Origin: Bdellovibrionales bacterium
GTDB taxonomy: Bacteria > Bdellovibrionota > Bdellovibrionia > Bdellovibrionales > UBA1609
Direction of reading: 5' to 3'
Assembly (NCBI GenBank): GCA_965199825.1
Contig: OZ241329.1
Location: forward strand, 1,632,001-1,696,000
Length of the DNA: 64,000 bases
This document shows, in pieces, positions 18,680-29,763 of this stretch. The translations under genes and the position numbers were made by a program. Position 1 is the stretch's first letter. Every line of letters begins with the position of its first letter. A model generated the notes under the pieces. That model saw nothing but the letters and a program-made list of their open reading frames with translations. It was not told the DNA's origin and did not search any database.

Positions 18680-19638
18680 TTGATGCTTTCCAATGCAGTC
18701 TCAAGCACGGTGTTCACCGAGAGTTCGCGCATATCGTGAGTGGCAGTGGGAGGGGCTTCAACAACTTGGACGAAAGCGCCGAGGGGACGCCATCTTTTAG
18801 CACGATGAGCTCGCACAGGACTGTAAAGCCCAAGTGTTGGAACTCCCAATGAGGCTGCGATATGAACAACCCCGGTACTTGGCGCAATCACCAACGCGCT
18901 CTCTGCATAAAGGGCCAAGAGCTCTTGGGTGTTTAAGCGATCATCCAACCATGTAATTTGATCTTCACTTTTCAAGGCTATTCTTAAAGGCTCCAAATAT
19001 TTTTCATCCATCTTTGTGCCCGTAATTATAATTTGTTTATATTTTTTGAGCTTAAGGATCAGCTGAGCATAAAAATCGGTTGGCCAATTGAGCGCAGAGC
19101 CGCCCATCCCAGGGTGCACCACGATAAAACTTTTGGGTTGATGACCCCATGGTTTGTTTAAAACAGTTGGCGCCGCAAGCTTGAGAGGATGGGGCATCGG
19201 GAGTGAAGGTTTAATTTGCTGACACAGTTCGAGATTGTATTCCAACTCGTGTTTTTCACTTAAGTGTCTTTTTTGGCGCACACCGCGATTATAAAATAGG
19301 TAAGAGTGCCACTGACTCAAGCGGCCCGCCCGCAAGGGAACTCGGCTTAAAAATAAAATCAACGACACCCACCACGGCGCATGAAACACCACCGCCCCTT
19401 GAGGGCGAATCATTCGGATAGCCTTAAACATGCGATAGGCCTGCGAAAGTGAAAAGGCTTTTTGAAATTCGATGCCTGCCCGAATGGGCCGGGCATGATC
19501 GAGAACAAATCCAGTGCCATTGGTTATAAACCAATGCACCTTTTCGTCTTTGAAATCTTGGTCACAGGGGAGAGTTAAAATAAGATCGCCAATGCGGTCC
19601 ATCCGCACAAAAATAAATGCCATAGCCAACAATGACAT
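18676..19638 (-). CDS. Glycosyltransferase family 9 (LPS heptosyltransferase-like)
   Basis: RMDRIGDLILTLP, VHPG, STGVVHIAASLGVPT. Confidence 0.9.
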   Translation of the reverse strand: MSLLAMAFIFVRMDRIGDLILTLPCDQDFKDEKVHWFITNGTGFVLDHARPIRAGIEFQKAFSLSQAYRMFKAIRMIRPQGAVVFHAPWWVSLILFLSRVPLRAGRLSQWHSYLFYNRGVRQKRHLSEKHELEYNLELCQQIKPSLPMPHPLKLAAPTVLNKPWGHQPKSFIVVHPGMGGSALNWPTDFYAQLILKLKKYKQIIITGTKMDEKYLEPLRIALKSEDQITWLDDRLNTQELLALYAESALVIAPSTGVVHIAASLGVPTLGLYSPVRAHRAKRWRPLGAFVQVVEAPPTATHDMRELSVNTVLETALESIK

Positions 19639-19709
19639 GTTCCTGGCCCAAGGTCCAATACAGCAAAAAAAAGGCTGCCACACCAAAGTCCAACTCCTAT
19701 GCTTGAAAG

Positions 19710-20972
19710 GTGCAAAAAATTTTAGTTGGGCTTTGCCTTATTTTTATTGGCTGTAGTGGAAATCAAAATGCTTCGAGCACGAATACATCGACTTTGCCAT
19801 CGATTGGCAATGTTGCATCGCCTGCACCCTCAGCTGGTCCGGTTACAAATGATGCATTCAGTGTGAATGCGGTGATGCCCAATACCGAAATCGCTTATTT
19901 TATGAATAAGTCTTCAGCCTTTGGCACAAACTGTAGCATCGATGCCACCGTCACTGGGCAAAATATTGTGTGCTATCTCGATATGAACGAGACCGATGTT
20001 TATACCCAACCTTTTTCTCTCGTTTATAATGTGCCGCAAACCATGTGTAAATATTTTGAGTTTACACCTTACTGGTATTACAATCACGAAACCGGATTTG
20101 GGCCAACCCGCTACACAATCTCAATTGATTATTCTGATACAAGCCGCCAGATTTTAAGTTCGGTAAATTGTAATGTGGATGGCGTTTCTTATCCGGGTTG
20201 CGCAAATATTCCCGAACTCCAAGTGGTCGATGCGATTGCTGGATCGGTAAAATGTATTTATGATCAAAGTCCCGCATCGGCCAATTGTTGTTTTGGAAAT
20301 TACACCGCAACATTAACAAGCACCATCAATGGTGCTCAACCTTTGACCTCGACAACATCGTCAAATTGGAATACCGCCGGCGGGATGAACAACTGCACCG
20401 GAGGACAAGGGCATAACAACTGGGCTCTAAAAACTAAAGTTGGCTATCCTGCAACCCAAATTACTTACATTGCCGGAGTTGGACTCAACAATGTTTATAC
20501 AATGGTGCCACCAATCAATGGTGGAAATAGCGGAGTCAACGTCGAAGTAGCAAACTTTTACGGCGATGTTTCGCAATCTCACTCAGGCTATGTTTCGTCG
20601 CGAACAACCAATCGCCCCTATGCGGTTGATCCGGTAGATGATCGCAATGGATCATTAATGCTTCCGGGAAATGATTCCTATTTTTTTGATTGCCAAGATC
20701 ACAACCATGAAACCGTCAATAGTGTTCGTGTTTATGTAAGAGCTTGGAATACCTATTCTGATTTTCTGGTTTACGGCACGAGCGGTGGTGTGACTTATCA
20801 GCCCAATGTGTCGGGGATTGAGGGATCAAACTGTTCGGGAGTAGGAACGTATTGCGATGATTTTATGAAGTGGGATTCCCACGTGGGATCGCCCTCAAGA
20901 ATCAGCAGAGATTATGTGGGACCCTACACAAGCGCTAATCGTCAGAGCTATTTTCCCGAAGAGTCTTATTAA
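19710..20972 (+). CDS. Cys-rich lipoprotein, unknown function
   Basis: Lipobox FIGC; Ser/Thr/Asn/Gly- and Cys-rich mature region. Confidence 0.75.
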   Translation: MQKILVGLCLIFIGCSGNQNASSTNTSTLPSIGNVASPAPSAGPVTNDAFSVNAVMPNTEIAYFMNKSSAFGTNCSIDATVTGQNIVCYLDMNETDVYTQPFSLVYNVPQTMCKYFEFTPYWYYNHETGFGPTRYTISIDYSDTSRQILSSVNCNVDGVSYPGCANIPELQVVDAIAGSVKCIYDQSPASANCCFGNYTATLTSTINGAQPLTSTTSSNWNTAGGMNNCTGGQGHNNWALKTKVGYPATQITYIAGVGLNNVYTMVPPINGGNSGVNVEVANFYGDVSQSHSGYVSSRTTNRPYAVDPVDDRNGSLMLPGNDSYFFDCQDHNHETVNSVRVYVRAWNTYSDFLVYGTSGGVTYQPNVSGIEGSNCSGVGTYCDDFMKWDSHVGSPSRISRDYVGPYTSANRQSYFPEESY

Positions 20973-23755
20973 GAATAAGAATCCACCGGCAAACACGAGC
21001 ACACCAAATTTTTATCTCCATAGACATTGTCCACGCGACCCACCGTCGCCCATAACTTATGGTGCGATACCCACTCTAATGGGCTTGATGCTTTTTCGCG
21101 CGAATAGGGATGATCCCACTTGCTAGATGTCATGTGCGCCAAAGTGTGCGGTGAATTTTTTAAAACATTATTTTCGCGATCGGCTTGATCACTTTCAATT
21201 TCGGCTATCTCTTTACGAATACTGATCATCGCTTCGATAAAGCGATCAAGCTCAGCCTTGGACTCAGATTCGGTAGGCTCAACCATCAAGGTTCCTGTCA
21301 CGGGCCACGACATTGTGGGCGCATGAAATCCATAATCCATTAGGCGTTTGGCCACATCATCAACCGTAATTCCACAACTACTTTTAAAATCACGAAGATC
21401 AAAAATACATTCGTGGGCAACAAATCCCTCACCATTGGTATACAAAAGCGGAAAATGATCTTTTAATTTTTGGGCAATATAATTGGCGTTGAGAATAGCA
21501 ACTTGAGTTGCTTTTTTAAGACCATCAAAACCCATCATTCGAATGTAGGCCCAAGAGATTGGTAAAATACTCGCACTTCCAAATGGGGCCGCAGTAACTG
21601 CTGTGGCAGCTCCCGGTTTTAAAAATCGATGGCTTGGCAAAAACGGCGCAAGATGTTTTGCCACACCAATGGGCCCCACTCCTGGTCCGCCCCCACCGTG
21701 AGGAATACAAAATGTTTTATGAAGATTCATATGAGCAACGTCTGCGCCAAGATCAAAAGGACGAATCAGTCCAACAAGCGCATTCATGTTTGCCCCGTCC
21801 ATATAAACCTGACCGCCTTGATCATGAATGATTTTACAGATCTCACCGATATGTTCTTCGAACACACCATGGGTGGAGGGGTAGGTGACCATCAATGCTG
21901 CTAAATTATTTTTATGGAGTTCAGCTTTTTGTTTGAGATCAGCAATATCAATATTTCCCTGATCGTCACATCGAACCACCACCACTTTCATACCCACCAT
22001 CGTGCTGCTCGCAGGATTTGTTCCATGGGCTGAACTTGGAATTAAACACACATTGCGCTGAGTTTGACCCTTCGAATGATGAAAGGCCTTAATCACCAAC
22101 AGTCCGGCATATTCACCTTGCGATCCCGCATTGGGTTGAAGGCTCACTTTTGAAAAGCCGGTGAGATCACACAAGTCCTGCTCGAGTTCAGCAATCAGTT
22201 CAAGATAACCTCGAGCTTGATCGAGCGGGGCAAAGGGATGAAGGTTTGCAAACTCAGGCCACGTCACAGGAATCATCTCAGTTGTTGAATTGAGTTTCAT
22301 CGTGCAAGAGCCAAGCGGAATCATCGAATGCACTAAAGATAAGTCTTTGCTTTGAAGCCTCATCATATATCTGAGCATTTCTGTTTCAGAATGGATCTCG
22401 TTAAACACGGGATGCTCAAGAAATTTCTTTGTGCGTAAAATTTCTGGTGGAATCGGATCGGGTTCGGCTTGTTCTAACTTATTAATATCAAAGCAGCCGA
22501 GCAATCGAGATAAGGCCGATTCGGTTGTTGTTTCGTCGAGTGAAATTTGGAGTGTTGAGGAATCAACCAATAAAACATTTAAATTTTGTTCTAAACATTT
22601 TTTATTGATCGCAACCGAATCTTTAACCCGCACTTGTAAGGTGTCAAAAAATTGCGAGGTCAAAACTTCAAGTCCCGCTTTTTTTAAAGTCGTCTTTAAT
22701 TGCGAGGTGAGATGACGGATGCGCGATGCAATTTTTAATAGCCCATCTGGCCCATGGTAGACCGCATACATCGAAGCCATAACCGCCAACAGAACTTGAG
22801 CCGTGCAAATATTGCTTGTCGCTTTTTCGCGGCGAATGTGTTGCTCACGGGTTTGGAGCGCAAGCCGGAGTGCTCGATTGCCATGAACATCTTTTGAAAC
22901 GCCGATAATTCGACCAGGTAAAAGTCTTTTATGCTCATCACGACACGCCAAAAACCCAGCATGCGGTCCGCCGTATCCCATGGGAACACCAAAGCGTTGG
23001 CTAGATCCCACAACTAAGTCTGCGCCCATTTCGCCAGGAGATTTATAAAGAGTGAGACTCAAAAGGTCCGTGGCCACAATGACCAAGGCTTTTTGTGCAT
23101 GAGCCGTTTTGACCAGATCGGTGATGTCATTGATCTGTCCCGATGAGGCCGGGTACTGCACAAAAACACCAAAGGTATTGGCACTCAACTGATCGGTGAT
23201 TTTAATATTTAAAGGTGCTGCTCTGGTTTCAAGCACTTCGCGGGTTTGTGGAAACACATCACGATCAACAAAAAATTCATCGGCGTCGTGATTGGGACAA
23301 ATGGCGTAGGCCATCGACATCGCTTCTGCGGCTGCGGTGGCTTCGTCTAATAACGAAGAGTTGGCCATCGGCATCCCGGTGAGATCGGTGATCATGGTTT
23401 GAAAATTAAGTAGGGCTTCCATTCGGCCTTGAGAAATTTCGGCTTGATAGGGAGTGTATGCAGTATACCAAGCCGGATTTTCAAAAATATTTCTTAAAAT
23501 CACCGAAGGTGTAATGCAGCCGTAATAACCTTGGCCAATAAACGAGGTATTGATTTTATTTTTTTTGGCAATACTTCGTGCGTATTCCAAAAGTTCGGTT
23601 TCACTTAAAGCTTTTTTTAAATCAGATTTAAAATCTTTAAGTAAAGATTTTGGAGCTGCTTTTGAAATCAGCTCCTCAAGGTTTGAACTTTTTAAAAACT
23701 GCAACATCTGTTCGATGTCGCGATCGCGAGGACCGAGGTGTCGCTCAACAAACAT
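20969..23755 (-). CDS. gcvP: Glycine dehydrogenase (glycine cleavage P protein)
   Basis: [53 protein letters not shown]. Confidence 0.98.
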   Translation of the reverse strand: MFVERHLGPRDRDIEQMLQFLKSSNLEELISKAAPKSLLKDFKSDLKKALSETELLEYARSIAKKNKINTSFIGQGYYGCITPSVILRNIFENPAWYTAYTPYQAEISQGRMEALLNFQTMITDLTGMPMANSSLLDEATAAAEAMSMAYAICPNHDADEFFVDRDVFPQTREVLETRAAPLNIKITDQLSANTFGVFVQYPASSGQINDITDLVKTAHAQKALVIVATDLLSLTLYKSPGEMGADLVVGSSQRFGVPMGYGGPHAGFLACRDEHKRLLPGRIIGVSKDVHGNRALRLALQTREQHIRREKATSNICTAQVLLAVMASMYAVYHGPDGLLKIASRIRHLTSQLKTTLKKAGLEVLTSQFFDTLQVRVKDSVAINKKCLEQNLNVLLVDSSTLQISLDETTTESALSRLLGCFDINKLEQAEPDPIPPEILRTKKFLEHPVFNEIHSETEMLRYMMRLQSKDLSLVHSMIPLGSCTMKLNSTTEMIPVTWPEFANLHPFAPLDQARGYLELIAELEQDLCDLTGFSKVSLQPNAGSQGEYAGLLVIKAFHHSKGQTQRNVCLIPSSAHGTNPASSTMVGMKVVVVRCDDQGNIDIADLKQKAELHKNNLAALMVTYPSTHGVFEEHIGEICKIIHDQGGQVYMDGANMNALVGLIRPFDLGADVAHMNLHKTFCIPHGGGGPGVGPIGVAKHLAPFLPSHRFLKPGAATAVTAAPFGSASILPISWAYIRMMGFDGLKKATQVAILNANYIAQKLKDHFPLLYTNGEGFVAHECIFDLRDFKSSCGITVDDVAKRLMDYGFHAPTMSWPVTGTLMVEPTESESKAELDRFIEAMISIRKEIAEIESDQADRENNVLKNSPHTLAHMTSSKWDHPYSREKASSPLEWVSHHKLWATVGRVDNVYGDKNLVCSCLPVDSYS

Positions 23756-24210
23756 TATTTTTTCCGATTTGGTGTTTTCTTTTTGGAAAGTTTTTGTGTT
23801 TTGGCTTTTTTAACTGGAGTTTTTTTGGCTGAAGTTTTTTTCACAGGCTTAGGATGAATTCGTTTTTGAATTTCGTCCGAAGCTTTCTCAACCCAAGTGG
23901 AATTGGATTTTGCAAATTGAAACAAGGATTCCAATTTTTTTTCGGCCTCATTGCGTGTGGTTTTAAATGATCGCATAAAACGATTCACTTCGCGGTCTAA
24001 TTCACGCTGAGCGCGGTGGAGTTGACGGACGAGCTGTTTGTATTTTTGCTCCAGCCCTCGTAATTTTCTTTTGGCCGCAGGGCTCAACAAGTCGCGTACG
24101 CCATGCGATTGAATTTCGTTTTTTAAACGCAAAACTTCTTTTTTAATTTTATCGAGATCCGCGTGTTTTTTGATTTCGGCACGAATTTTAGTCCAGTTGA
24201 TCGAAGCCAT
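23755..24210 (-). CDS. Basic coiled-coil hypothetical protein with Lys-rich tail
   Basis: GGGG RBS before ATG 24210; stop overlaps gcvP start. Confidence 0.7.
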   Translation of the reverse strand: MASINWTKIRAEIKKHADLDKIKKEVLRLKNEIQSHGVRDLLSPAAKRKLRGLEQKYKQLVRQLHRAQRELDREVNRFMRSFKTTRNEAEKKLESLFQFAKSNSTWVEKASDEIQKRIHPKPVKKTSAKKTPVKKAKTQKLSKKKTPNRKK

Positions 24211-24285
24211 AGAAAAATCCCCCTTTTTCAAGAGCCGAGGTTAACTCTCTTGAGTGGTAGGGTCAAGACGGCTAAAGGATTGGCC

Positions 24286-25482
24286 ATGATCTCACTTCGT
24301 CAATGGTTGAAAATTTTAAATTGTCCAGCACGGGTTGGTGGTCGACTTCGCTATGCTTCGCGCGCGCGATATGAGTCAGGGGACTTCGAGCTCTACGGTC
24401 AAGGCTGTGTGGTCAAAATTAAATCTCACGGTGTTCAATCAAAAGCCAGCGATGGGGATTTGATTTTGCTTGGCGTGGATCGGCCACCAGTTGCAGGCAT
24501 CATTCATTTATCCGGGTTAGCAGAGATCGAGATTGTGACAAAAACCTCAACTCCACCACAGATTTTTAGCAACGCCGAAATTCAAAAAAAGTGGTTTCAT
24601 TTTTTGCGTGATATCGAAGAGATTTTTGATGATCTTGGCCTATTGAGAGTAACAACACCGACACGAGTCAAATCCAATGGTCTTGAGCCAAGCATCGAGC
24701 CGATTGCCAGCGAAGATCTTTTTTTACCAACAAGTCCAGAGCTCGCCTTAAAAAAAATTTTGAGTCATGATTTTACCGATATCTATGAAATCCGCGCCTG
24801 CTTTCGGAAAGAAACCCCAACGCCACATCACTTAAGTGAATTTACGATGATCGAATGGTACAGGGGCTTTGCCGATCTCAGAAAAATTGAAAACGACATT
24901 GAAGTTTTGATTCAAAAACTTTTCAGTAAAAATTGGCATCATGATAAACGTCCACTACAAAAAATGACAATGGCCGAGGTCTTTCAAGACGCGCTTAATT
25001 TTGAACTCAAAAGTTCAACCACCCAATTAGAAATACAAAATTGTTTACGCGAGCACGGCCAACATTTCCAAACGGATTGGAACTTTGACGACAGTTTTAA
25101 CGCCTTATTTGTGACCCTTGTGGAACCCTATCTTAAAAACAAAGGCCCATTGCTTATAGGTCAATTTCCACCTTCGCAAGCGGCGTTGGCTCGAATTAAT
25201 CAGGACGGTTGGGCCGAGCGTGTGGAACTCTATTGGAATGGCTTAGAGCTTGCAAATGGCTATGACGAACTTGTGGATCCGGTAGAACAGCGAGTTCGAT
25301 TTAATAAAGATATACAAAAACGAAAGCTCAACCATAAAATTGATTTACCCATAGATGAAGACTTTTTGGCGGCACTCACTGCAGGCTTACCTCCAACGGC
25401 CGGGATCGCACTCGGTCTTGAGCGCTTATTTATGGCCTGTGTCCAACTTTCAAATATTCAGGATCTTAAATTTTTTAATTAA
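24286..25482 (+). CDS. epmA: EF-P lysine aminoacylase (GenX/PoxA) with N-terminal extension
   Basis: LPTSPELALKK, CFRKE...HLSEFTMIEWYR, QAALAR, ELANGYDEL, GIALGLERL. Confidence 0.88.
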   Translation: MISLRQWLKILNCPARVGGRLRYASRARYESGDFELYGQGCVVKIKSHGVQSKASDGDLILLGVDRPPVAGIIHLSGLAEIEIVTKTSTPPQIFSNAEIQKKWFHFLRDIEEIFDDLGLLRVTTPTRVKSNGLEPSIEPIASEDLFLPTSPELALKKILSHDFTDIYEIRACFRKETPTPHHLSEFTMIEWYRGFADLRKIENDIEVLIQKLFSKNWHHDKRPLQKMTMAEVFQDALNFELKSSTTQLEIQNCLREHGQHFQTDWNFDDSFNALFVTLVEPYLKNKGPLLIGQFPPSQAALARINQDGWAERVELYWNGLELANGYDELVDPVEQRVRFNKDIQKRKLNHKIDLPIDEDFLAALTAGLPPTAGIALGLERLFMACVQLSNIQDLKFFN

Positions 25483-26071
25483 AATTATTTTGTCGATTGG
25501 TTCTTTTATAAGTGTGGCCGATCCTGTTACGAAAAGGTGCACCGCTTTTTTAGCTCTGGGAGATCCGATCACCATTGCAATGATCAAGGCCAATAAAATT
25601 GCACCGCATATTGAAAGTTTTAATCAACTTGAAGTATTGGCCCATTTTCTTAAAGATCCCGTGACTCAAGCCGAGTTGATAGAGCCGGCCAACAAATTTC
25701 AGATCACTACCTTATCCCAAGCATTGAATGTCCATCCGCTCGTTGCTCAAAATCGAATTCGCCATACCAAAGCCAATTTGCTTAAAAACGCCACAATTGT
25801 AGTTAATGTATTTAGCTCTACTCCGATCACACAACTTGATGATTTCTATATTCATGGCGAACTGTATGAAGTGTCCCAATCTTTAAAAGTGGGCCTTCGG
25901 ATTGAGCAACTTTTATCAACCATCAACACCGATTCTTGGATCAATTCTAAAAGTCGTATTGATCAACGACTCAAACTCAAAACCGAATTGATGGCCCAAA
26001 ATAAATTCGACTCCTCTTTTGCAAAACTCTTTAATGATGTGGTCGTTGCGGTTTTAAACAATTCCAATTAA
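25355..26071 (+). CDS. Hypothetical protein, probably exported (true start likely near 25480)
   Basis: Open frame fills the gap between epmA and M48; hydrophobic stretch then KRCTAFL. Confidence 0.55.
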   Translation: MKTFWRHSLQAYLQRPGSHSVLSAYLWPVSNFQIFRILNFLIKIILSIGSFISVADPVTKRCTAFLALGDPITIAMIKANKIAPHIESFNQLEVLAHFLKDPVTQAELIEPANKFQITTLSQALNVHPLVAQNRIRHTKANLLKNATIVVNVFSSTPITQLDDFYIHGELYEVSQSLKVGLRIEQLLSTINTDSWINSKSRIDQRLKLKTELMAQNKFDSSFAKLFNDVVVAVLNNSN

Positions 26072-26083
26072 GGTTCGTGCATT

Positions 26084-26866
26084 ATGAAATACATTCTTAT
26101 TTTTATGACTTTCTTTATCGCCTCTTGTGCAACCACCACCGAGCAAGGTGCTGTGGGTGTGGAGCGGCGTCAGTTGATGATTGTCTCAAGTGATCAAGTC
26201 AATCAAATGGCGGATCAGGCCTACGCAAAGGTGAAATCCGAAGCCCTCGATAAAAAAGAATTAGATGTAAATACAAAACTTTTAGAGCGAGTGAAGCTGA
26301 TCTCGCAAAAAATAATTCCACAAACCGCAACGTTTCGAAAAGATGCACCCAACTGGAAATGGGAAGTTCATGTGGTCTCAAGCGACATTCTTAATGCCTA
26401 CTGTATGCCGGGTGGAAAAATTATTTTTTATTCTGGCATTATCGAAAAACTCGGTCTTGATGATGCCCAGATTGCGGCGATTATGGGTCATGAAATTGCA
26501 CATGCCTTGCGTGAGCATGGCCGCGAGCGTGTGTCTGAACAAATGCTTCAGCAAGGAACACTTCAACTGTTGATGGCTACAGGAAAATTAGACTCAAAAT
26601 ATGCCCAGCTGATCGGGATGGGAGCCACGATGATTTTGACTTTGCCCCATAGCCGCGGGCAGGAGAGCGAAGCCGACAAGATTGGTTTAGAACTTATGGC
26701 GAGGGCCGGTTATGATCCTCGTGAAGCTGTGACACTTTGGCAAAAGATGTCTAAGGCAGGAGGCAATAAACCACCTGAGTTTATGAGCACACATCCCGCA
26801 GATGAGCGACGCATCCACCAGATCCAAGCTCTGTTGCCAAAGGTTGAGCCACTTTTTAAAAATTAA
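26084..26866 (+). CDS. M48 family metallopeptidase lipoprotein
   Basis: Lipobox IASC; NAYCMPGG, HEIAH, ESEAD, STHP. Confidence 0.93.
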   Translation: MKYILIFMTFFIASCATTTEQGAVGVERRQLMIVSSDQVNQMADQAYAKVKSEALDKKELDVNTKLLERVKLISQKIIPQTATFRKDAPNWKWEVHVVSSDILNAYCMPGGKIIFYSGIIEKLGLDDAQIAAIMGHEIAHALREHGRERVSEQMLQQGTLQLLMATGKLDSKYAQLIGMGATMILTLPHSRGQESEADKIGLELMARAGYDPREAVTLWQKMSKAGGNKPPEFMSTHPADERRIHQIQALLPKVEPLFKN

Positions 26867-27150
26867 GATTCGATATTTTTATTGATGTCTTCTTTAAGTT
26901 CTTTGCCGACTTTAAAAAAGGGAAGTTTTTTTTCTTCGACTTCAATCACTTCGCCGGTGCGCGGATTGCGACCCTTATAAGCTCCGTATTCACGATTCAC
27001 AAAAGATCCAAAGCCCCTAATTTCGATCCGGTCGTTTCGCATCAAGGCCTCTACCATTGAGTCAAAGATCGTATTCACGACTGTTTCCGCTTTGACACGA
27101 GTGATGCCCGCTTTATCCGAAATAAAATTGATAAGATCTGCTTTGGTCAT
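26863..27150 (-). CDS. ihfB: Integration host factor beta / HU family DNA-binding protein
   Basis: MTKADL, RIEIRGFGSF, GRNPRTGE, PFFKVGKELK. Confidence 0.85.
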   Translation of the reverse strand: MTKADLINFISDKAGITRVKAETVVNTIFDSMVEALMRNDRIEIRGFGSFVNREYGAYKGRNPRTGEVIEVEEKKLPFFKVGKELKEDINKNIES

Positions 27151-27184
27151 AATTAAGCGTAGGCAAAAATTTTTTTTATCACAA

Positions 27185-28426
27185 TCAAAATCTCATGGTC
27201 GAAAGGGTTTGGTAATAAGCCTCAAGCGTCTGATCAACCATGCGTTTTGTGTCAAAAAGTTTAAGCACTTTGTCGCGCGCCTGGCTGCCCAAAACTTCGG
27301 TAAGAATGCGCCCATTAAATACCGCCAAGAGCAGCCCCGCCAAGGATTCGGTATCGGCAGGACGAATCAAAAATCCATCCTTGCCGTCATCGATAATGGT
27401 GGCAATGGGTGAGACTTCACTTCCGATCACCACTTTTTGTTGCGCCATGGCTTCGAGCATCGAAGGCTCAAAGCCAGTGGTCCTAGAACTTAAATTTACA
27501 AACACATCCCCAAGAGCAATATGATCTGCCACTTGGACTGCAGAGAGGGCGCCGGTAAAAATCACTTTGCTGCCCAAAGCTAAACTGAGCATCTCAAATT
27601 CGATTTCCTTAAATTTTGGACCATGACCAATAATGACCAGTCGAGCGGATGGTTTTTTGATCACCGTTTTTTCAAAAGCGCGCAAAAGATTTCTCATCCC
27701 ACTGACTTCGCTCATATCTGAAATTGTCACAACAATTTGGGCGTCGTCTGGGAAGCCAAGTTTTTTTCTTAAGTCGGCCGATTTTTCTCTGGGTGAGAGA
27801 TCACCGATCTCAATCCCGTAGGGGATAGTATGGATTTTTTTTTCGGGATAAAGATAGTATCGTTCAAGACCAATTTTTTGTTGGGGGCTTGTAACAAAAA
27901 CGGTGTCGGCGGTTTTTAAGAGTCTTCGATCTTTACCCAAATAGGTGAGCAAATAGCGCCAGGTCAGTTCAATCCCCGTGCGCAATAAACTTCCGAGAGT
28001 TTCCTGGGAGCGGCCCAAGATTGAGGTCAACTCAGACATACGGGTGGCCTCGACGTCATAAGCCATTGCCACTTTATAGTTATTTTTTTGTTTACCCACT
28101 TCGTAGCCGCTGCGATCTAAACTGTGCACAATATGAAATTTGTTTTGTTTGTGCAGAGAAATAAATTTGTGATTTGCCAATTTTGGAAACTGACCTCTTG
28201 GCTCTTTTGATTTTTCACCCAAGAAATAGGCATGAACTTCATCCTTTATCACCTCTTCGCGATGATCAGGATTTTGCCAAGATAGGATTGTGACATGATG
28301 ACCTTTTGCCACAAGTCCTCGGGCGATCGGCCACAAAAATCCATAATCGGCGGCGCGTCCTAAGATTGGAAATTCGCGAGCGATAAAACAAATATTTAGT
28401 ATTTGGGGCAATTGTTTTTTGGCCAT
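27185..28426 (-). CDS. Glycosyltransferase family 4
   Basis: GT-B motifs IPYGIE, LEAMA, DGKDGFL. Confidence 0.88.
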   Translation of the reverse strand: MAKKQLPQILNICFIAREFPILGRAADYGFLWPIARGLVAKGHHVTILSWQNPDHREEVIKDEVHAYFLGEKSKEPRGQFPKLANHKFISLHKQNKFHIVHSLDRSGYEVGKQKNNYKVAMAYDVEATRMSELTSILGRSQETLGSLLRTGIELTWRYLLTYLGKDRRLLKTADTVFVTSPQQKIGLERYYLYPEKKIHTIPYGIEIGDLSPREKSADLRKKLGFPDDAQIVVTISDMSEVSGMRNLLRAFEKTVIKKPSARLVIIGHGPKFKEIEFEMLSLALGSKVIFTGALSAVQVADHIALGDVFVNLSSRTTGFEPSMLEAMAQQKVVIGSEVSPIATIIDDGKDGFLIRPADTESLAGLLLAVFNGRILTEVLGSQARDKVLKLFDTKRMVDQTLEAYYQTLSTMRF

Positions 28427-28444
28427 AAATAACTCTGCCACATC

Positions 28445-29350
28445 TTAAGCATAGATGCGAAGCAGTTCGTTTGAACAATCGGGTGGCGGTGTCCATTGAG
28501 GAGACTCGGATAAAATCCTCTTCAATGTCTGAAAGCTCACTTCTCCAATATAGTCTTTTGAAAATTGAATTGGGCACATGCTGCTTTGCATAGGACTTAA
28601 CAATGTTGGAGTTTCTGACGCCAGTGATAAACCCAAACTTTCGGTCCACAAAGGACTCATCGGTTTGATTGGACTGATCACAAGGAGTTTAGCCTCAGCA
28701 ATTTTTTGGCGACGAATTTCAACCTCGGGACTTGAGATCACTTCGGCTCTGATCAATTTTAAAACTTTGGATCTTTTGAAGCCAACCAGTTCTTGTTTTT
28801 CATCAAGTAAACAAATTTTATGGTCAGGAAATTCAAGCTGAAGCTGTTTTAAATTTTGCAGTAGGCTTGTAAAACTGCGCCACACTGAGGGCGAGCCCGA
28901 GATCACGATTGTTTTGGAGGGTCGGCTTGCGGTCTTTTCAATAGAGTTGGGAAGGAGAATCTGATTCTGGCTTGGCTTAAGCCAAGAATTTGACGACACG
29001 ATGAGAGTATCGGCTTTTTTGATCACTAAATTTTCGATAAAGTTGGGCTTGTTGTTTAAATGAAATATTATTTTCGATTTGGGGCACGTTTTAATAAATA
29101 TTTGTGCCAGTGCAGAGGCGCCAAAAAATCCCAACACATCTGGTTTTAATTCAAAGAGCATTTGTGCAAAGCCCAAAGGATTAAAACTTAAAAAAGGTTC
29201 TAATAAATTGGGCAGATCCAGGGGCGATTTTTTTTTGGCAAGCGAGATTAGGCTGACTCGATGATTGGCTTCCCTCAGTAAACGAGAAAGATTGATCATT
29301 TGAAGAGCTTGAATTTGGTCAAATGGATCAGCGACAAGTACGGTGTGCAT
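28445..29350 (-). CDS. Hypothetical protein, possibly degenerate GT-B fold
   Basis: Long ORF in operon with GT4; weak GT-like pattern only. Confidence 0.55.
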   Translation of the reverse strand: MHTVLVADPFDQIQALQMINLSRLLREANHRVSLISLAKKKSPLDLPNLLEPFLSFNPLGFAQMLFELKPDVLGFFGASALAQIFIKTCPKSKIIFHLNNKPNFIENLVIKKADTLIVSSNSWLKPSQNQILLPNSIEKTASRPSKTIVISGSPSVWRSFTSLLQNLKQLQLEFPDHKICLLDEKQELVGFKRSKVLKLIRAEVISSPEVEIRRQKIAEAKLLVISPIKPMSPLWTESLGLSLASETPTLLSPMQSSMCPIQFSKDYIGEVSFQTLKRILSESPQWTPPPDCSNELLRIYA

Positions 29351-29355
29351 CTTTT

Positions 29356-29763
29356 TTAAGTTTTTAAAAGTTCGATCAGTTGATGAAGCACTCGGCGATT
29401 GGCCTCGGGCAAATCTTCGTTTTTGAGTTCATCAGGCTCGACCCACTTTAATTCGGTATGGTGGACTGCCTTGGGTTGGCCGCGCCAATAAAACACATCA
29501 TAAAATAATAACAGAATCGAAGTGTCGCCGTAGCTATGAGTGGTCGCAAGTCGTAAATGCCCAATGTCAGATTCAATGCCGAGCTCTTCTTGCAGTTCGC
29601 GCGCTAGCGCTTTTTCGGGACTCTCATTGGTTTCAATTTTTCCGCCAGGAAATTCCCAAACTCCTGCTAAAGATCCTTCGGGTCGTCGACCCAAAAGTAT
29701 TTTTCCTTGGCGACGAACAAGCCCGGTGACCACTGGGATCCAGCGCACGGGCTTGTTTTTCAT
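29356..29763 (-). CDS. mutT: 8-oxo-dGTP diphosphatase (NUDIX)
   Basis: WEFPGGKIETNESPEKALARELQEELGI Nudix box. Confidence 0.88.
   Translation of the reverse strand: MKNKPVRWIPVVTGLVRRQGKILLGRRPEGSLAGVWEFPGGKIETNESPEKALARELQEELGIESDIGHLRLATTHSYGDTSILLLFYDVFYWRGQPKAVHHTELKWVEPDELKNEDLPEANRRVLHQLIELLKT

Noticed and set aside
23750..23760. Glycine riboswitch upstream of gcvP
   Set aside because: gcvP start overlaps the upstream stop, leaving no leader
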